NCBI GenBank assembly: GCA_013239625.1
Contig: MU053881.1
Coordinates: 7,091,957 to 7,155,956 of the forward strand
Source: Lama guanicoe
Lineage: Eukaryota
DNA length: 64,000 bases
Reading direction: 5' to 3'
A program made the position numbers and the translations under genes. This document shows, piece by piece, positions 42,002 to 54,800 of this stretch (positions are counted from its first letter, which is position 1; every line of letters starts with the position of its first letter). The notes beneath the pieces were generated by a model. It was given only the letters and a program-made list of their open reading frames with translations, made no database searches and was not told the DNA's origin.

Positions 42002-42474
42002 TATCGTTCTATCCAGTGTGGAAGCCACATGTGCCCTTGAGCACTTGAGAGATGTCTAGTCCAAGCTGAGATGTGCTGTAAGTGTCAAAAGCCCACTAGA
42101 TTTCAAAGATTGAGTTCTGGAAAACAAATTTTTAAAAAAGGCAACGTATCTCAATAATGTTTTGTATTGGTTACATGTTCTTCTGTAAAGAAATCACGTA
42201 TTTTATTTAACCCTATATTCCAAAGTGTTATCATTTCGCACAGGGAACTCTATTCATTATCTTGTAACCTATAATGAAAAAGAATGTGAAAACGAACATA
42301 TGTATGTATGTATACATATGACTGAAACATTATACTGTACATGAGAAATTGACACCTTGTAAACTGACAATACTTCTCTCTCTCTATATATATATAGTTA
42401 ACATTAATTTCATTGCTTTTTACTCTTTTAAAAAATGTGGACACTAGAGCATTTAGTTCCTTAGGACAGCACTG
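42002..42474. mobile_element. MER33 hAT-Charlie element, interrupted and internally rearranged
   Basis: gccacatgtg...gagatgtgctgtaagtgt...ttacatgtt, then resumes ttaatttc...aatgtggacactaga...ggacagcactg. Confidence 0.8.
42238..42396 (+). mobile_element. Young 5'-truncated L1 3' end with (TC)n(TA)n in place of a poly(A) tail
   Basis: gcacagggaactctattc...tgactgaaacattatactgtac...gtaaactgacaatacttc; 3' tip matches the reverse complement of 6694-6741. Confidence 0.85.
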
Positions 42475-42734
42475 CTCGGGAGCTCAGGGCTCCCCACGTT
42501 CCTCGTCAAGGCCACCTTCAGCTTCCTCACTAGGCAGGAGTCCTTTACATCCTCTCTGGGTGCCCCCAACTTCTGCTCTACAGCCCTTCCCCTTTGCAAC
42601 CATGATTAAACAGCCCTGCAATTAGCATGTTACAGGACAGAGTCCATGAGGTCAGGGGCTAAGGCTCTAACTACCACTGTTTTCAGTCATAGCTCTGGCC
42701 ACTGGCACAGTGCCTGGCATTTACAGGGTATGCC

Positions 42735-43210
42735 TGTCCGTTTCCTGTTGCTGCTGTTATAAATCACCCCAGACTTAGTGGCTTAATGCAACACATATTA
42801 ATCTTATACCTCCGGAGGTCAGGAGTCTGAAATGGGCTTCACTGGGCTAGAGTCACATGTGAGGAGGGCTGAGTTCCTTCAGGCGGGTCTAAGGAAGAAA
42901 CTGTTCCCTTCCCTTCTCCAGCTGCCAGAGGTCATCACCTACACCCCTTGGCTCACGGCCCCTTCCTCCATCTTCCAACCCAGCAGCGCTGCTTTTCCTA
43001 ATCTCTCTCTGACTCGCCTTCCTCCTTTCTTCACTTATAAGGATCCCGTAATTGCACTGGGTCCACCTGGACAGTCCAGAATACTGTCATCTTCTTCAAG
43101 ATGCTTAATCACGCCTGGAAAGTCCACTTTGCCGTGTAAGGTGACACATGCACAGGTTTGGGGGATAAGGACTTGGACACTTTTGGGGAGCTATTATTCT
43201 GCCTAATACA
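42735..43210 (-). mobile_element. MLT1C/D-like MaLR solo LTR
   Basis: TG...CA ends; tttcctgttgctgctgttataaatcacccc...attattctgcctaataca; decayed 5-bp flanks atgcc/gtgct. Confidence 0.85.
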
Positions 43211-46200
43211 GTGCTCGATATTTGCTGTTAAATCAGTAAATGAACGGATGCATGCCTCTCTAATCCCATGTTCTATTTCTTCCCAGCAGCTTCTCCCCAG
43301 CTCTAAGAAGCCGTGCTTGCTTGGGCTGGTTGCTCTCCTGGAATCCTGCCCTTCCTCATGCCCCTTTTCAGTTCTGACATGAACCACCTTGGGGTCTAAC
43401 TCGAGAGTCATTTACTCAGCAGAGCCAGCCTTATTGTCCTCACGTATCCCCCGTTTTGCCTGAGCTCCTGAGTCTCCGCCACACATTTCATGTTAAAGAA
43501 CAAGCTCTTCGTTTGTTCTTTAAACTTTCTTAGAACTGGATGGCGGGCTCTTCCAGGCAGGGTAGGAACTCTTACACCTTATGCTTGTAACTTCCCCAGC
43601 GCTCCCGCCCCTCCCTGGAGCTCAGCACCGAGCTGGGCACTCCAGAGACGCTTAAAAAGCAGTGGCTCACTTGCTCTCACAGCTCTGCTGGGAGCGACCT
43701 CCCCGCATGTGAGGCCATGATGCCAGCCGCTGGAATTTGTCTTTCTTTCCCATGAAGACTGTTAACACAGCAGACCAGCATTAACCCGAGCGAATGTGAG
43801 ATGGTTAAGTACAAAGTCATTTTGGCAAAATGTGCATTGCTTCACTCCAAGCAGAAATCAAATGTTATGGTGCTACACTATCAGGAAAAAGTACATTATC
43901 TTCAGCATCATCCCAGGATCCAAAGGCACAAATGGCCTTAACCCTTTAGTGGCTGCGCCCTGGCACCAACACATGGTCCTTCTCTCTACTGACCTCCCTG
44001 CATGTACCCTCTCTCTCAAATGCACGTGTATGCGCACGCGAGCGCGCACGTGCACACACACACACATTTGTCTAAACTTTTCCCTGAATAATCTTCCTGC
44101 CTGAGATTATGTTTGCAATTAGCTGTCTTATCATCACAGGGTTGCTCGTATCTTTCCTGATGAGAAGCAAATGATGACACTGATGATCACGGTGATCACA
44201 CCCTGATTGCTCTGGGCATTAAAACAAAGCTTTAGAACATCACGTGCGTTATGATTATTTACACATTATCAGCAGTCTTTGAAAAACACAGTTAGTTGGC
44301 TATTTCATACCCTTTGAAAATATTTTGCATATTCTGGAAGAGTTATCAGTTACAACATTGGACTCTGGGTTAAGAGTCTGGCTCTTTCGCCTCAGCTGAG
44401 TCACTGACTGGCTGTTGACCTTGGGAATGTCCTTGTGTCCCTCTGGGTCTCAGTGACCTCACCTATAAAATCAGGGAGTTGAATCAGATGATGTATCGGG
44501 TAGGGATGTAACAGGAATCTGATTACCATGGCGACACCGAGGAAGCTCTGCTTTAGTTTCCTTCCTTACCAAGAAGTCACGGATGGTCAGTCCGGAGCTG
44601 CTCCTCCATCCTTCACCTGTGACTTTGGTCTTCAGGGCTTCAAGGTGGCTCTGCACCCCCAGGCATCCTATTATTTTCCAGAAAGGAAGAGGTGGAGGGA
44701 CTAGGGGCCAAAAATTTGTTGTACTCACTGTATTTGTCCTCCTCCCTTTTATTTTAATTAGGAAAAAATGTTTTCCTGAAGCCCCAAGACGTTTGTTTCT
44801 GCTGATTCTCATCAGACAGAGCTAGGTCCCATGGCCATCGCTTGCTACAAGACGTTAACTGAGCAAGTTGTGATCGTGAAAAAAAAAATCAGGGTTCAGT
44901 TAGCCAGGAAGAAGGACAGAATGGTTACTGTGTGGGCGCTCAGCCTCATCTGCCACAGATAGCTTCTAAGTTTCACTCTGTCTTGGTTATTCCATGAATT
45001 GCACTTTAAAACCCATCATCCTTCTCACTGCATTGGTTCCTCATATGTACAGGGCTTAGTCCTGGTTTGGATTAGCAGATCAACCTCATTAGCACACCCG
45101 AGAAAGCATGCTCGTACCAGCATCTGGCAGAATGCAGAGTGAGGTGGGGACGGGGAACCGTCCATTCACTCTGCTTCCTCTTTCTGTTCTCTGATCCCTG
45201 AAGGAGTCAGGCAAGGAGAAGGCAGCCATGTAACTAAATGAGCAGCAGGAATACCCTTTCAGGCTGATACACCTTCCTCTTCCTTGGAGTCCAGGCCAAG
45301 AGGTGAGGGCGTGGCCACCGTTGCAAAAGCATCTTTCATTTCTTGTTTTCTGCAGTGGACATCTGTGGCTTCGTCTGACCTCTCCATAACTCCATAAACA
45401 TTTTATTTTAGGAAACTCTGCCTCCCTCGACGGCTGTAGGCTTTGCGGGAACATTGATGGAGAGGTCATCCAAGGAAGGCTGAAAGAATGGTGTCTTCTG
45501 AAGTCTGGGCCTTTGGCAGAGTGATGCAGGGGTGGACCATCCTGAAGGCAACATCACACTACCTTCCCTGGAGCCGAGAGTGGCTCTGGCCCTGCCTTTC
45601 ATAGCCTGGTTCTCCTTTGCCCTTCCACTAAGTACCTTCTCCAACAAAGGCAGCCACAGTCAGCAACTCTTTCTTTCCATCCCAAAGCCCTAACAAGTGT
45701 ATGTCTAATTGCATTAATTCATCCTACAGGTACCTGCATATAACAAGGAGTCCGTAATGCTTCTGGACAAACACTCACGCCAGGGTGCCTGTCCTCCATC
45801 TCCCTCTAATTCACTCTGTGATCCTGAACACACTCTGCCTCTCTGTGCCTCATTTTCCTCATTGGTCAAATGGTGGGTTGGACCAGACCTGTAGCTTCAA
45901 ACTATTCTCTGAAGTGCTTCAGGATTTCTCCCCTGAAAATCCTCAGGGGGTCTACATGGGAGCTCAGAAGCAGCCCATTATAATGGGCTCCGGGCCCCCC
46001 GCCCCACTTCAATTAGAAGAGCCCAGCTTTCATCCAGTTTCTGTATTGAGCATGGGATTTTTTTTTATTGGCCCTCAGCTAAAAAGAAACGTTTGAAAAA
46101 TGCTGGACAATATGATCTCTAAAGGGTTCTTCCAGCTCTGATGCTCTGTGATTCTAAGCAGGTAGAATGTGTGGTACCATCTTTTCATTCATCAGCATAA

Positions 46201-46970
46201 TTGGGAGTGGGGGAACACCTGCCAAAACATAATCTATATCTAAATAAAATCTTCTGTGTTCAAAACAACGGCAGAGAAGGACATCCAGAAAAGAGCAGGC
46301 GGTGTGGAAGAACTGGAAACAAACAAAGCATGAACAGATATCCCTGTTTTGAAGTTCTGACAATGCCTGGGGTGTACAGCTGGGGAAGGAAGCCCACCAC
46401 GGCTTTGTCTAGTCTTTGCTATTGTAAAGCAAAGAATGCAAACTCATATGCAGACTGAATCTGGGCCCCCTGTTTCACTGGACACATTTGATGTTTTTGA
46501 AACTTTCAATGAGTTATCATCAATAGTCATAAATTGGAAAATGCCTTTCAAAATTATGTTTCCTGGCTTCTTTTGAAAACTGGGAAGATGTGACACCAGC
46601 CTTGCATTCTAGTAGGACAGCAGTTACCCGGAGCAGGACAGCAACTGTCCCTTTTAGCTGGGGCACATCTGCTCCACTTCACTGCAAGCTCTGCTCCTCC
46701 TTCCCGTATCCCTGACCCCAGGGCCAGATGCTGGCTTCTAGGAAGGCCTTCACTCGCGCTGTATTTTTTTTTTTCCTACTGCAGAGTAATGGTGAATGAA
46801 AATAAAATACTTCTCATATCCCTGTCCTTATCCAAAGGGAAGAAACAAAAGATAGACTGATAAAGGCATGGGCTTCTACAAAAACAGGGCAGAGGTTGTA
46901 CTTCATTATGATAGTGGCTTGCAAATGGGGGTAGTTTTGTACACACATGTACGTATACACACACACACAG

Positions 46971-47130
46971 GACATCTAGTGATGTCTAGAGAGTTTTTTG
47001 TTTGTCACAACTAGAGAGGATGCTGTTGGCCCCTGGTGGGGTAGAAGCCAGGGATGTTACTAAATATCCCACCATGCACAGGGTAGCCTCCACAACAAAG
47101 AATCATCTGACCCCGAATGTTGACAGCACA
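46971..47130. mobile_element. Partial MER20
   Basis: gatgtctagagag...tgtcacaactag...gggtagaagccagggatgttactaaatatcc...acaacaaagaatcatctg. Confidence 0.75.
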
Positions 47131-48694
47131 CTGCTCTATGGATTTCTGTGGGTTTAATATGCATCGGCCCCTTCAGGCTGCCTGGGCCCTACCCTTTAGG
47201 TCTTAGTTGACAGGCCTGGCTTTCATGATTCACCAGCCAGAACAGGAAAATTAGGTTCCATCCAGATATGGCAAATGTAAAAATGATAGAAACTCTGATG
47301 TGGGTGTGGCCTCCCTGGCTTCGCTCGCCCAGTTTTTGCTCCTCTGCTCCTGTGATTATAGGGCACCCTGCGAGAAGGCGCTATTTCCCCAGGTTAGGCC
47401 CAGCACGCTCAGCTCCCTTTTCTTTCGGTCTCAGCATGTAATTCACAGGGCGAGTCCCCAGGCAGAGATGTGGCAGTCTGTTCTGGGCCTGGGACCCCAC
47501 CTCTCTGATCTTGTAAGCGAGTCCACAACCCTCCTGTTACCAGTGTGGGCTCTTGGCCTGAGCGTGTTGCTAACAGCAAACGCGGAACCCAGACTGATTG
47601 TCTATCCAACTTGCTCCCCCTACAGTGAGTGGTCCTTGCTGCAAAGGGCAAGGAACTGCTGTCTAGCAAACCAGATGGGGACTGAAAGACACTAAGAGAT
47701 CTGGGGAGGTAAGAAGTGAAGTCAGAGGAGGTAATTTGGGTTGAATCCAAGAGATGGGCACAGTCCTGCAGTGCCTCGGGTGGAGAGGGTCCACATCCAA
47801 GCCCAGGGCAGAACAATTCGGCAGCAGAGAGTCAAGGAGGGCGCACAAAAATCGGAGGTGAAAATACCTCATTACCCTTTACTGTTTTTTCATCCATCCA
47901 TCCATCTATTCATTCTTTCTACACCTACTTATGGAGCAGGGTTCAAGCCTTGGGCAGAGATATGTGACCTCAATCCTCGTGGAATCAAAGCCAGACTCTG
48001 GGACTTGCTGCTGTTTCATCTCAAGCAAGTTACTTCCCGTTTTGAGTCTCCTGATCAATAAAAGGAGGGGGAAATTTTTCCATCTTGCAGGAGGTGATGT
48101 GAAGATTAAATAAGATCTCCTTAGCACAGGTCTGAGTCAGACTTTCTGTAAATGTCTTCCCAATCCCATCTCCCCTTCCTCCCACGGGTACCACTCGGCA
48201 CACAGGATTCCTGCAGCTCAGTGAAGCAGGGAGAGCTTCTGGGGTCACCTTCCAGCTCAAATCACATCACAGAAGACCCTTGTCTCCCACAGAATCAGTT
48301 CTCCCCCGTGAGGCTGGAGGGTCTTTTGTAGATCATAACATCACATAAGAAGTAGAATGTGGACCGGCTCACCAAGCAGCAGCAAGCACGTGTGTGACGT
48401 GCGAGGATGGCCATTCCCACAGCAGTTGTGCTCGTTCTCCTCTGGATAAATTCCAGTTTCACTTCTTAACCCCTCAGGGGCATCAAGGGGAAGCAGATCC
48501 ACAGCTATTTTGGGGGGTGGGAGGTGGGGATGGGCACCTTCTCTCACCAGGCACTTGTTAAGGACCCGGAGCGTGTACAGAGATAAACTATTACTTCAAG
48601 CTCCCACTGCTGAAACCTCCCTGGCCCTTTAACAGATGGCCTTCAGGAAGGAGCCAGGCATGTGCAGATGTGTCTGTCTGGATGCATGTGCCTA

Positions 48695-48805
<111 letters not shown>

Positions 48806-48846
48806 TCACCAGCCTCCTCCCGCCCAGGAGATCCAAATGCAACCTA

Positions 48847-49029
<183 letters not shown>

Positions 49030-49454
49030 TTATGAAGATGGCAGGAGACAGAGGCAGAACCAGTTTCATTCTGTGCACTGCAATTTTCTAACTGGCACTG
49101 ACTTGGAAACGAACATTCTGGCCAAAGCGAGGACAATGGACGGATTTCTCTGGGCTCTGACCACGTCCTCTCTCTGACAACGGGATTTAGGCAAGGAGGA
49201 AGATTTTAGGGCTGCTTTTTTTTATTGTTGTTGTTTTGCTTCATTTTGGTTTTGTTTGAAAGACAAATAACTCTCCCCAGCTGGGTGCCCTGATGAGTTG
49301 GTTCTCTGCCCTAGAATTACAGGGTGATGAGGAGTAAGTATTGAAGAGACGCTCAGCCTCTCTGGAAGTCCTCCCTAATTCACCCGACAGCTCCGAGGAC
49401 CAGCCTGCAACCTGTTCAGTCCTAGAATATTTTGCTTCCTTCTTCCCTTTAGTT

Positions 49455-49615
49455 CGATGGTTTCAAAGTGTGGCCCTGGACAAGAAGCATCAGCATCTCC
49501 TGGGAACTTGTTAGAAAAGCAACATCTCTGGCCCCACCCCTGACTTACTGAATCAAAGCCAAGAAATCTGTGTGTTCACAAGCACTCTGGGTGATTCTGG
49601 TGCTCAGTTCAGTTT
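49455..49615. mobile_element. MER5A-like MITE
   Basis: tggtttcaaagtgtggccc...gcatcagcatctcctgggaacttgttagaaa. Confidence 0.8.
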
Positions 49616-51349
49616 ATGGGTAGGCTTGTCATAATTTTAACATTTACACGATCTCTTGATGCTAAATGCAGAGACTGATACCAGAACCCACTGGACCTGC
49701 TCCTGGTGAACAGAATCAGCAAAGTGTGCAGTGCAGGGCTAGTGCCCCCCAAATTAGCAGCAGTGACAGTGATACTGACACAGGCTACAGAACCTGAGAG
49801 ATGGAGACCCAAACCAAGGTATTGTTGAGCCTCAGTGAAGCCACCTGCAAAAGGGGTACCCTCTATATCCACTGCAGAGGGCTGCAGTAAAGGTGATGTG
49901 TTTAAAGGGCATGAATCTCAGAGCCCCAGAGCACTGGTCAACCTCATTATTCTTTTCATCATTGACTCCTTTGGCACCAAAGCAAACAGTACATACAACC
50001 TGGCACCTCTAGTGCTTAAGGGCCGTTATTACAAGATGCCGCGGCCCTACCAGGAGCAAGTGGAGGACAGCTTTGCTGGACAAAGCCCATCTACTTGCAG
50101 CCCCCTCTCAACACTGAATAGCAAGAGAAGGGGTAACGCTGGCTAGACAAATCACTTGTCGAGAGACTTTCATCCTTCACTCAAAGATGTTCATGGGAGG
50201 TTTCAGATGGCCAAGTAAAAGGCAGCCCTGCCCTTGATAATGTCTTTACTGCTGCCCAGAGTATTACTTTCCAACGGGCTTGTGGTTCCAGTTTCAGAAA
50301 GAAGCAAAACAAGCCCTTCATTTTACCACGGGGCAGGCACTTTCCCATACATTCCTCCTTTCATCTCTCAAAACTTGGCAGCTATTATTAGCCCCATTTT
50401 ACAGATGAGGAGACTGAGGCTTGGAGGAGTTAAGTATTTCACTCAGCTTGTTATACCCACAGCAGAGCTGGGATTTTAAACCCATGCATACTGATTGACA
50501 TTCAGGGCTCTTTCTACACACCACGGTCAGTCTTTAGCTGAGGATGCATTAACATGTATTTACTGAACATCTTCTATGGGCCAGGCATTGTCATCGTGTG
50601 GGGACAGGGCAGTGGTTACACAGACAGCAGTCCCTGCCCTCATGCAGCCCATGTTCTGTTGAGGGAGAATGCGTGTTCCTTCTTTACTTGAAACTTCATC
50701 TCCCAGCATACAAAAGACCAAGTCTCTCCCAGGGTGCAGTGAAGTAGCCTCCTGGCTTGTGGTCCCCGTAAAACCAACACAGCACACAGAGCCCAAAAGG
50801 ATCGGATTCTATCACTCCCTTCCTCAAAGTCCTCCGAAGGCTTTCCATCACCCTTAGAATCAGATCTCAAGCTCTTCTGTTTCCATAGTAACCTCGCTTA
50901 TCCAAACACACAGTGCAGGTCAGGTTGTCTCCTGGCCATTCGGACTGTCCTTCCTCCTGGAGACCCCATGACCTGCAGGTCCTGGAAATGTGCTGCTTTG
51001 GTCTGTGTAAGCCCAGAGCCCACACCTCCTCCTCTTTAAGACCAGGATAGAAACAAGCAGCCAAGTAAAGGGAAACCCTGGTCAAAGGACATGGAAAGGG
51101 TTATTTTTAGGGTAAAAAAAATTCCTGAATTTGGGGAATGAAATAAGATTAATCAGGATACAACAGGGAATAGACATATGACAAAGTAAGTTGAATGACT
51201 GTCACTTTTGAGAATAACTCTAGAAATATCCCCCAAACATGTTTGCAAACACATAGACATGTCAGATCGAGCTCAGCTTCTTGCCAGCCTCTATTCCATT
51301 TGACTTAGTCCTTCAAAGATGTTTACTGTTACCCCATTCCTGATTTTCT

Positions 51350-51870
51350 TTTTTAAAAAATGAGATATAATTCACATAACACTAACTTTTAAAGCATATA
51401 GTTTAGTGGGTTTTAGTATATTCACAAGGTAGTAACTAATCCACTACTACTTAATTCTAGAACATTTTTATCACCCTAAAAGGAACCTGCCTATTAGCAG
51501 TCTCTCGCATTCTTCCCACCCTCAGCCCCTGGCAGTCACAAAGCTACTTCTGTCTCTGCGGATTTGCCTCTTCCGACATTTCGTAGAAATGGAATCGTAA
51601 AAGATGTGACCTTTCATGTCTGGCTCCTTTCACCAAGCATGATGTTTTCAAGGTTCATCCATATTGTCCCAGGTGTCAGTGCTTCCTCCTGTTTATTCAT
51701 GAATACTGTTCTGGATATAAATATTTACGGATAAACCACATTGTGTTTATCCATGATGGACATATGAGTTGCTTCCACCTTTTGGCTACTACAGATAATG
51801 CTGCTCTGAACATCTACATACACCTTTTTGTGTGGACGTATGTTTACAACTCTCTTGGGTATGTACTTAA
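51350..51870 (-). mobile_element. L1MA/MB-like 3' end
   Basis: tgagatataattcacataac...atggaatcgtaaaagatgtgacc...ttttcaaggttcatccatattg. Confidence 0.85.
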
Positions 51871-54800
51871 AGAGGAGACCTAATTTTCTTTTGACTTCCC
51901 TGCTTGAAGATCTTTGTGGACCATGAGACCACAGATGCAGCGCTTCTTGTTCTCAGTGGACCAGAAATGGTGCCCCTAAGCATCTCACCCACAGCCCCTG
52001 CCCAGCTCTGCCCTCGGGGCTCTGCGGGGCCGACTTTGGAACCGAGGGAGGGCCCTCAAGGTCAGCGGCTCCGTGCAAGGCCAGCGAGCTGAGCAGTGGC
52101 CACAACTAGACCCCGCTGGGCACTCACGAAGCCTCCGCCTCTTGCTCCTGAAGAATCAGAACCAAATGAACTAACCTGGCTTTTCAGGCAATTTCTAGCA
52201 TTCTCTCCCTCAGCGAGCTGCCTGTTCCAGGGGAGGGGCGGGGTGGTCTGCTCAGACTCACAGACAGAACATGAGCATCTTGACCTCCTCGGCTTTGCTC
52301 CCAGGGCTTCTCACACCTGCAGCATTTAAGCCCCATCCTTCCATCAGAGCCCAGTTCAAGACTCACTTCCTTCACGAGGCCTTCCCAGAAGGCAGAGCAC
52401 GTCAGGACTGCTCCACCCCTCCAGATCTGAGTAGCACCTGGTAGGTGCAGCCACAGGCGTGGGTCCACTGTTGTGCACCTGACCTTGTCATTCACTTCTT
52501 CCCATGACACTACCATCCTGGGGTTAAGAGCGCAGGCACCAGCGTCTCACAGACTACGGTCTGGACACCAGCTCTCTCTGGCTAGCTGGGCTGCCTCTGG
52601 CTGGTGTTTGACCTTTCTGAGCCTCATTTTCCCTACTTGTGACATAACGGTGACCACCACAGAGGACTATTGTCAATGCTGGATGAAACAACATGAGCAT
52701 GAAGGCATCCACCTGCCAAGCGCTCAGTAGAAGGAGCGATGATGCTGGCCACAGTGCTGGTTGTAGAGTCTTTGCAGGCTTTTCCAGTTGTAAGTTCCAT
52801 GAGTAACAAGGGTCCTGTCTTCCATTTATTTGTGTCCCTTATGGCAAATCGAGCACAATGGCTTGAATATAGCTGGGCTCCAGAAAATATCTGTTTATCG
52901 ATCACCATTTTGTTATAGAAATTCCCCAGCTGTTTCCAAAGGCCCCAGATTTTTCTTTCCTCCCTGCCCCGAGCTGCCTGGTGGCAAATTACTAAGAGCC
53001 CAGCTTAGCTGCTCAGAGAAGCCACAGGGTCTTGAGCAAAACACACAGGTCCCTTTTCCCCAGGGAGAAGAGGTGATTTCTGATTGGGAATTTAATATTT
53101 TGAAATCACAAGACAATAGAAGGTGAAAGCTGCAATAAATTTAAGGTTCATATGGCCTAACTATTACTTCACAGAAGTAAACAGCGAGGTCCAGATAAAT
53201 TAAATGACCGCCCAGTCATACTGCTGGTGGGTGTAACTAGAATTTAGCTATTTTTAATTAAGGCTCAAAAATCATAAACGTCATATGCACACAGTAAAGA
53301 ATTACATGGTAGGAAAGATTAAATAATGAAAAGAAGTTACTTTCCAGCCTACCTTGGACCTGAGTCTAATTTCCCAGAAGAAGATGTTGCTAACAATTTC
53401 CTGAATATCCTTCCAAAAATTTTTATGTGTAAACAAACATATGTATGGGCATCTTTTTTTTTAAATAGTCTGCTGTACTTTGCTTCTTTCTTTCATCATT
53501 ATTTATTGCAGATGTCTCCACATTAGCATATACAAGTCCGCTTCATTCTCTTTTATGGCTGCACGATCTCCTGCTCTAAGAATGTACTTTAATTTGAACC
53601 AATTCCCTATTTATAGTCATTAAGCTTGACTCCAACTTTTTCCTTCTCTAGCTTCGGTGCTGTAATCAACATCTTGTTTACCCATCTTCATGCATGAGAG
53701 CCTGTCATGCCATACACGTTCCTAGAGGTGGCACGGCTAAGGCACGGGGCCCCAGCAGATTTGGTTATTGTTTGTTTGTTTGTTATCTTTGTTGATTGTT
53801 TTGATAGATGCTGTCAGGTTGCCTTCCAGGATTCCAAACCAATTACCGGCTGCATTGTTGCAGGCAAGTGACCCTACCTCTCTGATTCTTTAGGCAGTAT
53901 CGAAAGGGAGTAGTTATAAGGACTAACTGAGGAAATTGCTACCTAGTAAATTCCTGCTCAGTCTTGTGATCTCAGCTCAAAACTTATTTCCTGGGGAAGC
54001 CTTCCCGGCTTGCCTGAACTAAAGTCGGTCTGCCCATTATTCATCCTCATTACACCCTGTTTACAGGATTCATGACACGTTTTAAGCAGAGCTAATTTAT
54101 TTTCTGTCTCCTTTACTGGATGCAAGCATCATGCAGGCAAGAACCTCATCTTTTTATTCACTGTTGTGTGCCCCATGTCTAGCATTGTGTCTAGCCCAGC
54201 ATGTGCTCAGGAAACATTTGTTGAATGAGTTCATTAATGAGCCCAGTACTCTGCAGGTTTTCTTGTTAAATCCTCCCCAGAAACTATGAGATTTGTATTA
54301 TGATTCTCCCCATTTTAGAGATCAGGAAACTGAGGCCCAGAGAGGCTGAACAACTTGCCCATGTCACACAGCTACAAAATGGTGATGCTGGTGTTTGAAC
54401 CCAAGTGTCTCTCTCTCTCCAGAGTTTGTACTCTTTACCCCACTCTGCTCTTGTGCCAAAATCGCTCTTCTACTCCTTTCTCGGTTTCTGTTAGCCTTTG
54501 TAGTTAGTTGAGATTTCCACTGGTTCACCAGATGTCCTGACAGCACAGACATCAAGAATGTTTGATCCTATGAGATTCTTTCTCAATGGCCTTGAATTAT
54601 TATTATTTACCCCAAATTCTGATATAAAAAAAAAATCCAATGCCCAGGGTTGCTGAAATGCAGTCAGTGTACCCTCCTCTGTGGGGCAGACACAGCTGTC
54701 ATGGCCATTCTGACGATGCCATTGATTCTAGGAGTGGAAGTTCCAATTATGAGTTCAGTTTGGGACCATCAGGCCACAGGCTGGCTGGGGCCCTGAGGCT

